A stretch of DNA of 64,000 nucleotides from a candidate division FCPU426 bacterium (lineage in GTDB: Bacteria; Oederibacteriota; Muellerivitia; Muellerivitales; Muellerivitaceae): assembly GCA_963719085.1 (NCBI GenBank), contig CAVRAL010000004.1:512001-576000 (forward strand), in the 5' to 3' direction. The position numbers and the translations under genes were made by a program. Positions 39,349 through 47,715 of this stretch are shown one piece after another. Numbering within the stretch: position 1 is the first letter of the stretch; every line of letters starts with the position of its first letter. The notes under the pieces were generated by a model. It worked only from the letters and a program-made list of their open reading frames with translations. It was not told the origin of the DNA and searched no databases.

Positions 39349-40427
39349 AAAGCTGTTCGAAAATTCATCCCTGGCTGTCTTTGGAAGCCGAAGGCGCGCT
39401 TTCGTCCCGGGACCAGAAAAAAGTCCAGACCCATTTGCGCGACTGTGCCGATGCCCGCAAAGAATTGGCCTCTTATAAAAGGCTGAGGCGGACCCTCCGG
39501 GCCTTGCCCGAACCGAAGGAACCAGGGAATCTGCACGAAAAGATCATGACCCGTCTTCACCAAAAAAAGTCCGGTAAAAGTGAAAATCTCTTCCACTTCC
39601 GTCCCCTTTGGCCCGCCGCGGTAGCCGCCGCCACAGCCGTTTTCTTTTTTATCCAGTATCCCAACTGGCAAGACCGGCTGACTTCGCAATCCAAAACCGC
39701 TTCGGTCAAAACCAATCTTCCAGTCGCGAAAAAAGTCACGAGCGATAAAAAGTCAGAGACAAACCTTCAGTCCCCGCCGAAAGCCGCAGCCTTCGCCCCG
39801 GTTCCTCAGGCGGATGTTCGGGAAATGGTTGCCACGCGGTCAAACGATGAGTCGGCCGACGCTTCTTTGAATTCCAACCTCTTAGCCGGTGGCGCCCCGC
39901 AGGGCGCGGCGGCGTCCTCGGGCTTAGTCTCTAAAACCGAACGAAAAAGAATGGCCCTTAAAACCCAACCAGCGGCTCCCGCCATGGCCATGGCACAAAC
40001 CAATTCTTTAGACGCCATGCAACAAGGCGCCTCAGCCGCGCCGGCGGCCCAAAGGGATTTGGAGTCCGCGGCGGTTTCGCTTTGGAGCGGTGATCAAGAC
40101 ACTCACACCCCCATCGCCCAACAAACCTTGATCACGGACGAGGCTTCTTTTGAAACAGTCTGGAACAATTTGGAACCGGGCAAACCGGTGCCAACTGTTG
40201 ATTTCAGCGCGCAAGCGGTTGTCTTTTTGGAAGCGGGTCTTGAGCCCAACGCCGGTTACAAGGTGCAGGTTTTACAAATGGAAGACAAACCGAATCATTT
40301 AGTCATTCATTGGGAGGACATGAAACCCAGTCCGGACGCTTTGACTTCCCAAGTGGTGACCTATCCTTGGGTTTTGCAAGTCATTGACAAACCCTCAAAA
40401 CCGGTGTCTTTCACCGAGGACGAATAA
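39345..40427 (+). CDS. Anti-sigma factor: degenerate zinc-finger (ZAS) domain, TM helix, C-terminal PrcB-like domain
   Basis: ATGA overlap; C...HLRDCADA; one TM; PTVDFS..VV....G..PNAGY.V.V...QVVTYPW. Confidence 0.75.
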   Translation: MKSCSKIHPWLSLEAEGALSSRDQKKVQTHLRDCADARKELASYKRLRRTLRALPEPKEPGNLHEKIMTRLHQKKSGKSENLFHFRPLWPAAVAAATAVFFFIQYPNWQDRLTSQSKTASVKTNLPVAKKVTSDKKSETNLQSPPKAAAFAPVPQADVREMVATRSNDESADASLNSNLLAGGAPQGAAASSGLVSKTERKRMALKTQPAAPAMAMAQTNSLDAMQQGASAAPAAQRDLESAAVSLWSGDQDTHTPIAQQTLITDEASFETVWNNLEPGKPVPTVDFSAQAVVFLEAGLEPNAGYKVQVLQMEDKPNHLVIHWEDMKPSPDALTSQVVTYPWVLQVIDKPSKPVSFTEDE

Positions 40428-40438
40428 CCGAAACTGGT

Positions 40439-40648
40439 TTATTTTTTAACCCATCGTTTCAAAGCCACCAACGACCAAATAGCCTCTACCAACCCAAAAG
40501 GCCAGGCGCCCTGCAAAAATCCATAAATGGATCCTAGGACACAGGCTCCGGCGAAACCCAAAATGAACCATCGATTACGATTTTCAAACGCGTAACAAAA
40601 CATCATGGCGGAGACGGCGAATAATCCAAATAGTGTTAATCCGTTCAC
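40439..40648 (-). CDS. Small conserved-type membrane protein
   Basis: Three hydrophobic segments; YGFLQGAWPFGLVEAIW; GTGA overlap with the upstream ORF. Confidence 0.75.
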   Translation of the reverse strand: MNGLTLFGLFAVSAMMFCYAFENRNRWFILGFAGACVLGSIYGFLQGAWPFGLVEAIWSLVALKRWVKK

Positions 40649-40797
40649 TCATCCCGTCCTTGGCGGCGGCGATCCCGGGCCTTTTCCTTGCCGCCCATCA
40701 TGCGGGCTCCCCCGCACTTCGGACACACGAACTTGCGCTTCTTATGCGCCACATGGGCCATTTCCCGCATCTTGATCTTGCATCGCCTGCAAAACAT
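40645..40797 (-). CDS. 50-aa basic zinc-ribbon protein (not in ORF track)
   Basis: RBS GGGAGG; MFCRRCKIKMREMAHVAHKKRKFVCPKCGGARMMGGKEKARDRRRQGRDE; stop overlaps the next start. Confidence 0.75.
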   Translation of the reverse strand: MFCRRCKIKMREMAHVAHKKRKFVCPKCGGARMMGGKEKARDRRRQGRDE

Positions 40798-40878
40798 TCA
40801 GCCTCCCCATTCTGTACGATTTGCGAACCATTAAATTTGATGTAGTTAGAATAAAAACACGCTGACAGATAATAATGT

Positions 40879-41649
40879 TTACGGTTTCCGTTCAGCCAAA
40901 AAATCTACTTCTCCACCACCGGCCGTTCGAACATCTACATCATCTGGAGAATCAGAGGTATCAGGGCACGCCTCAATATTCCACCTTGAATCTTCGCCTT
41001 CAATTTTATAGTGTCCTTGTGGCACACGAACATGAAACCATCCATCCTTATCACTCGTCACTTCTTTTGATATCCCGCTTCCCGTTACAAGAAAATGAAT
41101 TCCCGCCAGTCCCGGACCGCCATTCATATTTTCCTCAACTCTAACAAATCCGAGAATATCGCCTGCTTCACCCTTTTTGATATTTTTTATAACTTCATTC
41201 ACTTCTGAAATTTTACGCTTATAGTCTTTGTTCGCGGAGTTAAAATCATCGCCGCAACCGCCTTTTAACTTTCCGTTTTCATTTTTCTCTATAAGAATAA
41301 GATAAGTCTGACCAACCATTAATCCCATTCGGCCCGAATCATTATCCTCACACACTTCAATAAACTTGTTTTTAGAGCCCTTAAAAACTTGAACTGTTTT
41401 ACATCGAAAGTAAACTTCGCTGGCTTCACCAAGGGGTTTAAGATCGGCGTCATTTTTCACTTCTTTTCCACTTTCGTCCAATCCGCGCCGAGAAACAACA
41501 GTCCCAATAAAAACTGTGTCAGCTCTCGTAAACAAAGTTCGAATTCTTGGATCCGGATAAGTGCATATAGCCAAGGAGGGGGATGTTCGAATACCCCAAA
41601 AAAGAAAAGTTAACAAACAAAACAAAAGCGTTTTTGGAAAAATTTTCAC
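40879..41649 (-). CDS. Secreted hypothetical protein (TIMP-like N-domain, carboxypeptidase-regulatory-like C-domain)
   Basis: Signal peptide; ADTVFIGTV, VQVFKG, GQTYLI; TSDKDGWF...PQGHY. AT-rich. Confidence 0.6.
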   Translation of the reverse strand: MKIFPKTLLFCLLTFLFWGIRTSPSLAICTYPDPRIRTLFTRADTVFIGTVVSRRGLDESGKEVKNDADLKPLGEASEVYFRCKTVQVFKGSKNKFIEVCEDNDSGRMGLMVGQTYLILIEKNENGKLKGGCGDDFNSANKDYKRKISEVNEVIKNIKKGEAGDILGFVRVEENMNGGPGLAGIHFLVTGSGISKEVTSDKDGWFHVRVPQGHYKIEGEDSRWNIEACPDTSDSPDDVDVRTAGGGEVDFLAERKP

Positions 41650-41723
41650 CCTGACAGATACCTCCCCAGGTTGGACTCAAACCACCTCATCACTTTTGCC
41701 CATTATCCCCTTCTACCTAAAAC

Positions 41724-41760
41724 AAAAAAGCCTTTTCCCCAGGAAAGGAAAAGGCTTTTT
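41724..41760. terminator. Bidirectional terminator
   Basis: AAAAAAGCCTTTTCC...GGAAAAGGCTTTTT. Confidence 0.85.
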
Positions 41761-41787
41761 ATCGTAGACCAACCGTTTATCTAACTT

Positions 41788-43230
41788 TTAATTCCACCAA
41801 TATTTGACCGTATAGGTCACGGTCGTCTTCCCGTCTGCCGGGATCGACACCGGGAAGTCCACCGTGCGGGCGTCCACCTTGTTGAAGTCATGGCTGTTGG
41901 CCGTGATCTTCCAGTTGGAATAACGATATAGATGCTCCACCACATCGACCGTCACGGCCTGTTTCTTATGGTTTTTCACTGTAATCGCGAAGCTTTCTTC
42001 GATGCTGTGGGAGTCCGGATTCACGAAATTGGTCTGTAGCCTCTCCCCTACCACGTCAAAGGCGTTTCCCATCTTGACCTTGATGTCCTCATCTTTCGGG
42101 GTGTGGTCGATCAGGTCCTCGCCTAAAAACTCTTGGGTTCCATCGGTGTCCTTCTGGTAGACCCGGATCTTGCCGGCGGGAAGCGGCATGCCAAGACCCG
42201 CTTCCTGTGAATTCCGCAGTTCCAAGAACACATCCACTTTTTTAGTCCCAACATCGTTGCCGTAATAGCGGTCCGTAATGCCGTTTCCTGTCCAGTCGGA
42301 TAATCCGGCGCCGTCGTAGCGATAAAGTTTTTTCACCGGAATGGCGGCCGCCGACAAAAGCTCGATCTGTTTGGTTTCGTTGTTTTGAAGGGTCGTGGTA
42401 TGGGACAAGGTGTAAAGATGATAATCGCTGAAGACCTTTTCGGCGAAAGCGGGCGCCGGCTCATCCTCCGCTGCCATGGACTTGGTGTCGCAAAGCAGGT
42501 CACGCCGGACTTCGTTATCCTGCGCCCGGTTCACGTCTCCGGCTAAAAGTTTGAGCCTGGCGTCGGTAAAGGTCGTGCCCGTGTGGTTATCCAGCGTCAC
42601 CCAGCCGTCAAAATCCGCGCCATCCTCATTCGCGTTGACCAGCAGGGTATAGTCCGAATGCCAGCTCATGCCGGACGCCAGGTAAGTCAGGTTCAAATCC
42701 TTTTCGCCGCCCTGCTTGGCGTCCACCAGCCAACGCAAAGTGGGCTTGAGGATAAGCCCCTCGGGTAGTTTGGGAAACTGGATATTGTTGTTGGAATAAA
42801 CATTGAGCAGGCTTCCATCTTCTTTTTGGACGACCATTTGGTTTCCATCCGTGGAGAGCAATTTGACCGGAAGGTCGACGCCCTTATCACCGCCGAACTT
42901 CAGGAGTGTGATGGATTGGCCGATGTACTTGGAAAGGACGGCTTGGGGATTCACCAAATCATATTCGTAATTTTGTTCTAGAACCTTAAAGCCGTCGGGA
43001 TCGGCGGGCGAAAAGATATTGACGCTGGTGGCGTCGATGGTGGAGGCGATGTCCTCAAACGATAGGGGGTGAATGCCGGCGGCCACGGGAAGACGCCTTT
43101 GATCCCCCACTAAAACCAAGTCGTTGTTATAAACCGTCAGATTGTAGCCTTCACTGCCCTTGGCCCAGAGGGCTTCCGCTTCCAGCAAAAACAAAAGGCT
43201 TAAAACCCCAAATCCTAATTCCGCTTTCAT
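41788..43230 (-). CDS. DUF4139 domain protein
   Basis: LTVYNNDL, EQNYEYDL, LTYLASGMSW, GMPLPAGKIRVY, IDHTPKDE. ATG at 43230 follows AAGGAG. Confidence 0.88.
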   Translation of the reverse strand: MKAELGFGVLSLLFLLEAEALWAKGSEGYNLTVYNNDLVLVGDQRRLPVAAGIHPLSFEDIASTIDATSVNIFSPADPDGFKVLEQNYEYDLVNPQAVLSKYIGQSITLLKFGGDKGVDLPVKLLSTDGNQMVVQKEDGSLLNVYSNNNIQFPKLPEGLILKPTLRWLVDAKQGGEKDLNLTYLASGMSWHSDYTLLVNANEDGADFDGWVTLDNHTGTTFTDARLKLLAGDVNRAQDNEVRRDLLCDTKSMAAEDEPAPAFAEKVFSDYHLYTLSHTTTLQNNETKQIELLSAAAIPVKKLYRYDGAGLSDWTGNGITDRYYGNDVGTKKVDVFLELRNSQEAGLGMPLPAGKIRVYQKDTDGTQEFLGEDLIDHTPKDEDIKVKMGNAFDVVGERLQTNFVNPDSHSIEESFAITVKNHKKQAVTVDVVEHLYRYSNWKITANSHDFNKVDARTVDFPVSIPADGKTTVTYTVKYWWN

Positions 43231-43263
43231 GACCGGCTCCTTATGGTTGAATAGCTTCAACCG

Positions 43264-43291
43264 TAAGACCCGGCTCCCGGGATAAAGTTCC
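43264..43291 (-). promoter_or_regulatory. ECF promoter for the DUF4139 gene
   Basis: Minus strand reads GGAACT-N16-GTCTTA. Confidence 0.65.
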
Positions 43292-43409
43292 TGGATTACG
43301 AACCTAAATAGCTAATAAATGACTCGTCTGAAAATTGACAATGATTCCTGGCATAATCAATGAGTAAATCCCCCAAAGCCTTGGCGTAGGGTGGCAAATG
43401 AACAAAAAT

Positions 43410-43440
43410 AAAAACCCCGTTAGGCGAGCCTAACGGGGTT
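43410..43440 (-). terminator. Terminator of the HxlR-family gene
   Basis: AAAAACCCCGTTAGGC-GA-GCCTAACGGGGTT. Confidence 0.8.
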
Positions 43441-43462
43441 GGATTTCAAAGGTTTATTACTT

Positions 43463-43852
43463 TTAATTGTTGGAAAAGGCCGCTACCGAAGCCGCCTTTT
43501 TGGCCGCGGGCGAATCCGGCGCGGGCAATTGCTTGCCCACTTCCACGATCGCGTCCAAAACCGGGTTAAGCTTAGCGCCCAGTTCCGTCAGCGCGTACTC
43601 CACGGTCGGAGGGGAAGTCGGCATGACGGTGCGGATCACCACGCCCCGCTTTTCCAACTCCCTCAGGCGCGTGGTCAAAACCTTGGCCGAGATGCCGCCC
43701 AGGTCCCGCTTTAAATCCCCAAACCGCCGGGGCTCAAGCCGCAGGTACCAAAGGATCTTCGGCGTCCAGGCCCCCGCCAAAAGCTTTAAACTGCCTTCCA
43801 GTGGACAGCTTTCCGGCGCGGGCCCGGATTTGTTGGGTCTGTGTCTGATCAT
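43463..43852 (-). CDS. HxlR/DUF24 family winged-helix regulator
   Basis: CPLE, W...IL, RRFGDL, ISAKVLT.RLRELE, PPTVEYALT. Confidence 0.93.
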   Translation of the reverse strand: MIRHRPNKSGPAPESCPLEGSLKLLAGAWTPKILWYLRLEPRRFGDLKRDLGGISAKVLTTRLRELEKRGVVIRTVMPTSPPTVEYALTELGAKLNPVLDAIVEVGKQLPAPDSPAAKKAASVAAFSNN

Positions 43853-43905
43853 GAAAGATCACCTCCTGATAGGCCGCGTCCATGCGGCTTTTATTTCAAA
43901 GCGGC

Positions 43906-44038
43906 CTTGAACCCCGAGGATTCTCCCGGAGCCTTAGCGAAGGGAGTTTGAATCCCGGGGTAAGCTGTTCATAACACGATCTTGAATCCCTGAATTATCC
44001 CGTAGCGTCAGCGGAGGGAATCAGAATTCAGGGATAAA
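43906..44038. repeat. Two tandem ~58-nt nested-hairpin units
   Basis: 43906-43964 and 43981-44038. Both begin CTTGAA and have an inner TCCCG.AGC.T.AGCG.AGGGA with covarying outer stems. Confidence 0.7.
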
Positions 44039-44120
44039 AAACGCACCCATTCCTCTGTCTTAATCGTCTAATCCGGTGCAAGAATGGTCTTTCTAAAAGC
44101 TATAGTTACCCATAGGTACC

Positions 44121-44135
44121 TACTTTCTTTTAGTA
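44121..44135. promoter_or_regulatory. HxlR/YodB-type operator
   Basis: TACT-N7-AGTA between the divergent hxlR-like and yceI-like genes. Confidence 0.6.
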
Positions 44136-44241
44136 AGGGTCTTGTATATATAAAAGCAAAACCAGCTGTGAATCAAGCCCTTCGAGAGGCCGCAGGGTCG
44201 GTTCTGGATATCTCGGAGAAAAACTGAAAGGAAATTGAACA

Positions 44242-44958
44242 ATGAAGAAGATTTTCTCGTTGTTGGCAGTCGCCGGATTTTTAACCGCCTCGTCGGCAAA
44301 GGCGGAAGACTATGGCTTCGATAAGGCCCATACCCATGTGGGTTTTTCCGTGAAGCACATCCTGAGCAAGGTGGACGGCGAATTTAAGGACTACGACGGT
44401 TCCTTCAGCTTTGACGCCAAGGACCCTTCCAAGGACAAGATCAATGTGACGATCCAAACCGCCAGCATCAGCACGGATAACGACATGCGGGACCACCACC
44501 TGCAATCGCCGGACTTTTTTGACGCCGTGAAATACCCGGTCATCACCTTCAAGAGCACCCAAGTGACCGCCGGCACGGGCGACCAGTACCAAGTCGCCGG
44601 TAACTTGACGATTCATGGCGTCACCAAACCGGTGACCCTGGCCGTGGAATACCTGGGCAGCGATAAAATGATGGGCGCCGACATCGTGGGCTTTTCGGCC
44701 ACGACCACGATTGACCGCCGGGATTACGGCTTGACCTGGGGCCAGGATAAATTGACCGCCGCGGGCAACCTGATGGTGGCCAACGACGTCGCCATCAACT
44801 TGGATGTGGCGGGCATGGACAAGGCGAGCTTGGCCAAGATGGCCGCCATGATGAAGGCCAAACAGGCCGCGCCTCCCGCGGCCGCCGCCACGCCCTCCGC
44901 TCCCCCGGAAGCTGTAGTGACGCCTTCGGTCACGCCAGTGGCTTCGCCGTCGAATTAA
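44242..44958 (+). CDS. YceI family periplasmic protein with Ala/Pro/Thr tail
   Basis: DKAHTHVGFSVKH, RDHHL.SPDFFD, GNLTIHGVTKPV, IDRRDYG. Confidence 0.93.
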   Translation: MKKIFSLLAVAGFLTASSAKAEDYGFDKAHTHVGFSVKHILSKVDGEFKDYDGSFSFDAKDPSKDKINVTIQTASISTDNDMRDHHLQSPDFFDAVKYPVITFKSTQVTAGTGDQYQVAGNLTIHGVTKPVTLAVEYLGSDKMMGADIVGFSATTTIDRRDYGLTWGQDKLTAAGNLMVANDVAINLDVAGMDKASLAKMAAMMKAKQAAPPAAAATPSAPPEAVVTPSVTPVASPSN

Positions 44959-44972
44959 TTCTCCAGGTTTTT

Positions 44973-45004
44973 AAGGGCCGGAGCGAAAGCTTCGGCCCTT
45001 TTTT
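44973..45004 (+). terminator. Rho-independent terminator
   Basis: AAGGGCCGGAGC-GAAA-GCTTCGGCCCTTTTTT. Confidence 0.88.
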
Positions 45005-45055
45005 ATTTCCGCTCCAAGCCGTAAAATAAGACATCCTGATGTTAAGGAGGCCCGG

Positions 45056-45256
45056 ATGAGCCATTTTGAGTTTGAGATCAACGACGAGGTGTTTCATTTG
45101 AAAAGCCATCTGATTGGCATGGTCCTGAACGTGAAAGACGTCGACCACCCCGCCGGTAAAAAATATCTCCGGGTTCAAATTAAACCCGACCAACCCGACC
45201 AGATTTGGCCCGTGGAAGACGTGGGCCTTTGGATCCGAAACAAGCGGTTCCTATGA
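45056..45256 (+). CDS. Small hypothetical protein (possibly SH3/KOW-like)
   Basis: RBS AAGGAGG; ATGA overlap with the next gene. Confidence 0.7.
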   Translation: MSHFEFEINDEVFHLKSHLIGMVLNVKDVDHPAGKKYLRVQIKPDQPDQIWPVEDVGLWIRNKRFL

Positions 45257-45960
45257 CCGGCCCAGGTGGCGCGAAGCGCTCATATTTCAATCCCGACTTT
45301 TTTCGTTTCCTCAAGACCCTCAAGCGCAACAACAACCGCCCTTGGTTTCTCAAGAATAAGGAGCGCTACGAGTTGCTGGTGCGCAATCCTTTTCTGGACT
45401 TTATCGGCCAGTTGGGCCCCGCCCTGCGGCAAATCAGCCCCCATCTGTGGGTGGACAACAGCCCTTCGGGCGGATCGATGTTCCGCATCTACCGGGACAC
45501 GCGTTTTTCCAAAGACAAGACCCCCTACAAGACCCACGTGGCGGCCTGGTTCCCCCTGTCCCGCCAAAAGGACGTTCATTCGCCGGGCTTCTATATCCAC
45601 TTAGGGCCCGACGAGGTCTTCGCCGGGGGCGGCGTCTGGCATCCCGACGCGCCCGTCTTGGCCCAGATCCGGGATTATCTTTTGAATCATTCGCGGGAAT
45701 GGAAGGAAGGCGTCCTCGCGGACCGCGACTTTAAAAAACAATGCGCCCTTGACGGCGAAAAACTTCAGCGCCCGCCCAAGGGCTACCCGGCGGACCACCC
45801 CATGATTGAGACCCTAAAATACAAGGATTTCATTTATTCGACTTCCTTCACCGTGAAGCAAGCCGGCGCGCCGGATTTCTTGGAACGTTTCGCCGCGTCC
45901 TGCGCCGCCGGCTCGCCCCTGGTCCATTACTTAGCCCGCGCCCTGAAGATGCCCTGGTGA
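45253..45960 (+). CDS. DUF2461 family protein
   Basis: NNNRPWF, FRIYRDTRFSKDKTPYK, PKGYP.DHP. Confidence 0.92.
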   Translation: MTGPGGAKRSYFNPDFFRFLKTLKRNNNRPWFLKNKERYELLVRNPFLDFIGQLGPALRQISPHLWVDNSPSGGSMFRIYRDTRFSKDKTPYKTHVAAWFPLSRQKDVHSPGFYIHLGPDEVFAGGGVWHPDAPVLAQIRDYLLNHSREWKEGVLADRDFKKQCALDGEKLQRPPKGYPADHPMIETLKYKDFIYSTSFTVKQAGAPDFLERFAASCAAGSPLVHYLARALKMPW

Positions 45961-46940
45961 AACCCACCCAGCGTTCCCTCCCGGACGCTTTTCTTCAAAA
46001 GCTCCGGCGGATTATTCCCTCGTCCTATTTCGACAAGGTCGCGCGCACTTTTCACGAGCCCAAACCCACCACATTCCGGATCAATAGCCTTCGAACCACG
46101 CCTGGCGAGGTCAAAGAGATCCTGGAATCCTCCGGGTTCAAGGTCGAGGCGGTTCATTGGCTCAAAGGCGCTTTTATTTTACGTAAAGGCCGGCAAAGGG
46201 ACTTGGAAGACACCGCCCTCTACCAACAAGGGCGGATTTATGTTCAAAATCTTTCCAGTATGGTCCCCCCTTTGGCGCTGGGTCCTCAAGGGGGAGAAAA
46301 AGTTTTGGATTTGACGGCCGCGCCCGGAAGCAAGACCACCCAACTTTCCACGCTGATGGGCAATGAAGGTTCCATTACGGCCAACGACAATAATCCCGTC
46401 CGGGTGGAAAAATTAAAAGCCAATGTGGATCGCCAGGGGGCCACAAACGTCACCGTGCTCCCCGCCGGCGACGGCGGCCTGTTGTGGAAAGACTATCCCG
46501 AAGGCTTTGATAAGGTCCTATTGGACGCTCCTTGCAGTTCGGAGGGACGCTTTTTAACCTCCGAACCCGGAACCTACGGCTATTGGAAGGAAGACACCAA
46601 CCGTAAAATGGCCCGGGACCAACGGCGGCTTTTGAAGTCCGCCCTGCGTTCGCTGAAAATTGAGGGAACCATGGTTTATTCGACCTGTACCTTCTCGCCC
46701 GAGGAAAACGAGGGTGTACTTCAATGGGCGTTGGAGGCCTATCCTGGCGATTTCGAGCTTTTGCCCCTGTCGGTGGGTTTTTCCAATTGGATGCCGGGAT
46801 TGGCCGAATGGGAAGGAAAACCCTTCGACCCCTCCCTCCGGCAGGCGGTCCGGGTCTTGCCGGATGGGACCATGGAAGGTTTTTTCTTGGCTCTTCTTCG
46901 AAAAAAGCGGACCCTTCCGGTCGACCCACCCAGCTATTAA
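45957..46940 (+). CDS. RsmB/RsmF (NOL1/NOP2) RNA m5C methyltransferase
   Basis: YVQNLSSM, VLDLTAAPGSKT, LLDAPCS, VYSTCT...ENE. Confidence 0.93.
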   Translation: MKPTQRSLPDAFLQKLRRIIPSSYFDKVARTFHEPKPTTFRINSLRTTPGEVKEILESSGFKVEAVHWLKGAFILRKGRQRDLEDTALYQQGRIYVQNLSSMVPPLALGPQGGEKVLDLTAAPGSKTTQLSTLMGNEGSITANDNNPVRVEKLKANVDRQGATNVTVLPAGDGGLLWKDYPEGFDKVLLDAPCSSEGRFLTSEPGTYGYWKEDTNRKMARDQRRLLKSALRSLKIEGTMVYSTCTFSPEENEGVLQWALEAYPGDFELLPLSVGFSNWMPGLAEWEGKPFDPSLRQAVRVLPDGTMEGFFLALLRKKRTLPVDPPSY

Positions 46941-47043
46941 CAGCCGGTTGAAAAAGTCAAATGACCGACTTTTTCATATTTCATGAACAAATAGCCCCTG
47001 GCTGTTGCAGGGTGTAAAGGCATTTTTAGACACCCTGTAACCG

Positions 47044-47691
47044 CTACCGCCGGCGGGCCACCAAAATCTGGGTCATGCCCCAGGGTTGGGGAAAATTTAA
47101 TAATCGAAGCAAGGGCAGTAAAAAGGCCGGCGTCTTGTTGGGGACAATCCATCCAAACGCGCAAGCGGCCACCACTTCAAGGCCTTGATCCTCCAGGGCT
47201 TTTTTCAAGTAATTTTTCGAAAAAGCCAGGGCTTTGCGTTCTTCAGGAACGAGCGCTGAAAAAAGCGCCATGAGGGGATTGGCCGGGTTGGGTTCCATTA
47301 AAACGACGGTTTTGGCCGAAACCCGCTTCATTTCCCCCAACACTTGCCCCAAATCCTCCACGTGATGAAGCAAAGCGTGGCAAAAAACCACGTCAAAGGC
47401 GAAATCACAAAAGGCCAAATGCCCCGCGTCCATCAAGGCCTTTTGGGGAACCGGATTTTTTAAAAGCATCTTTTGGGAAAAATCAACCGCGGTGGTGTTG
47501 GCGACTTCGTTGAGGTAATAGGAAAAAAAACCGTTGCCGGCCCCCACGTCCAACACCCGGGTGGAGGGTTTGAGCGGAACGAATTGTTGAACCCAGTCCA
47601 GTTTGGGAAGCACGTAACTTTTCACCACCGGATGGGCGGCGTCGCGCCTTTGGTCCAACGATTTTCTTTCCCAATAGTCTTTCTGGAACAA
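47044..47691 (-). CDS. Class I SAM-dependent methyltransferase
   Basis: VLDVGAGNG, FDVVFC..LLHH, EPN. Confidence 0.88.
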   Translation of the reverse strand: MFQKDYWERKSLDQRRDAAHPVVKSYVLPKLDWVQQFVPLKPSTRVLDVGAGNGFFSYYLNEVANTTAVDFSQKMLLKNPVPQKALMDAGHLAFCDFAFDVVFCHALLHHVEDLGQVLGEMKRVSAKTVVLMEPNPANPLMALFSALVPEERKALAFSKNYLKKALEDQGLEVVAACAFGWIVPNKTPAFLLPLLRLLNFPQPWGMTQILVARRR

Positions 47692-47715
47692 AAAAACCTC
47701 CCGCCGGAATTTCCC

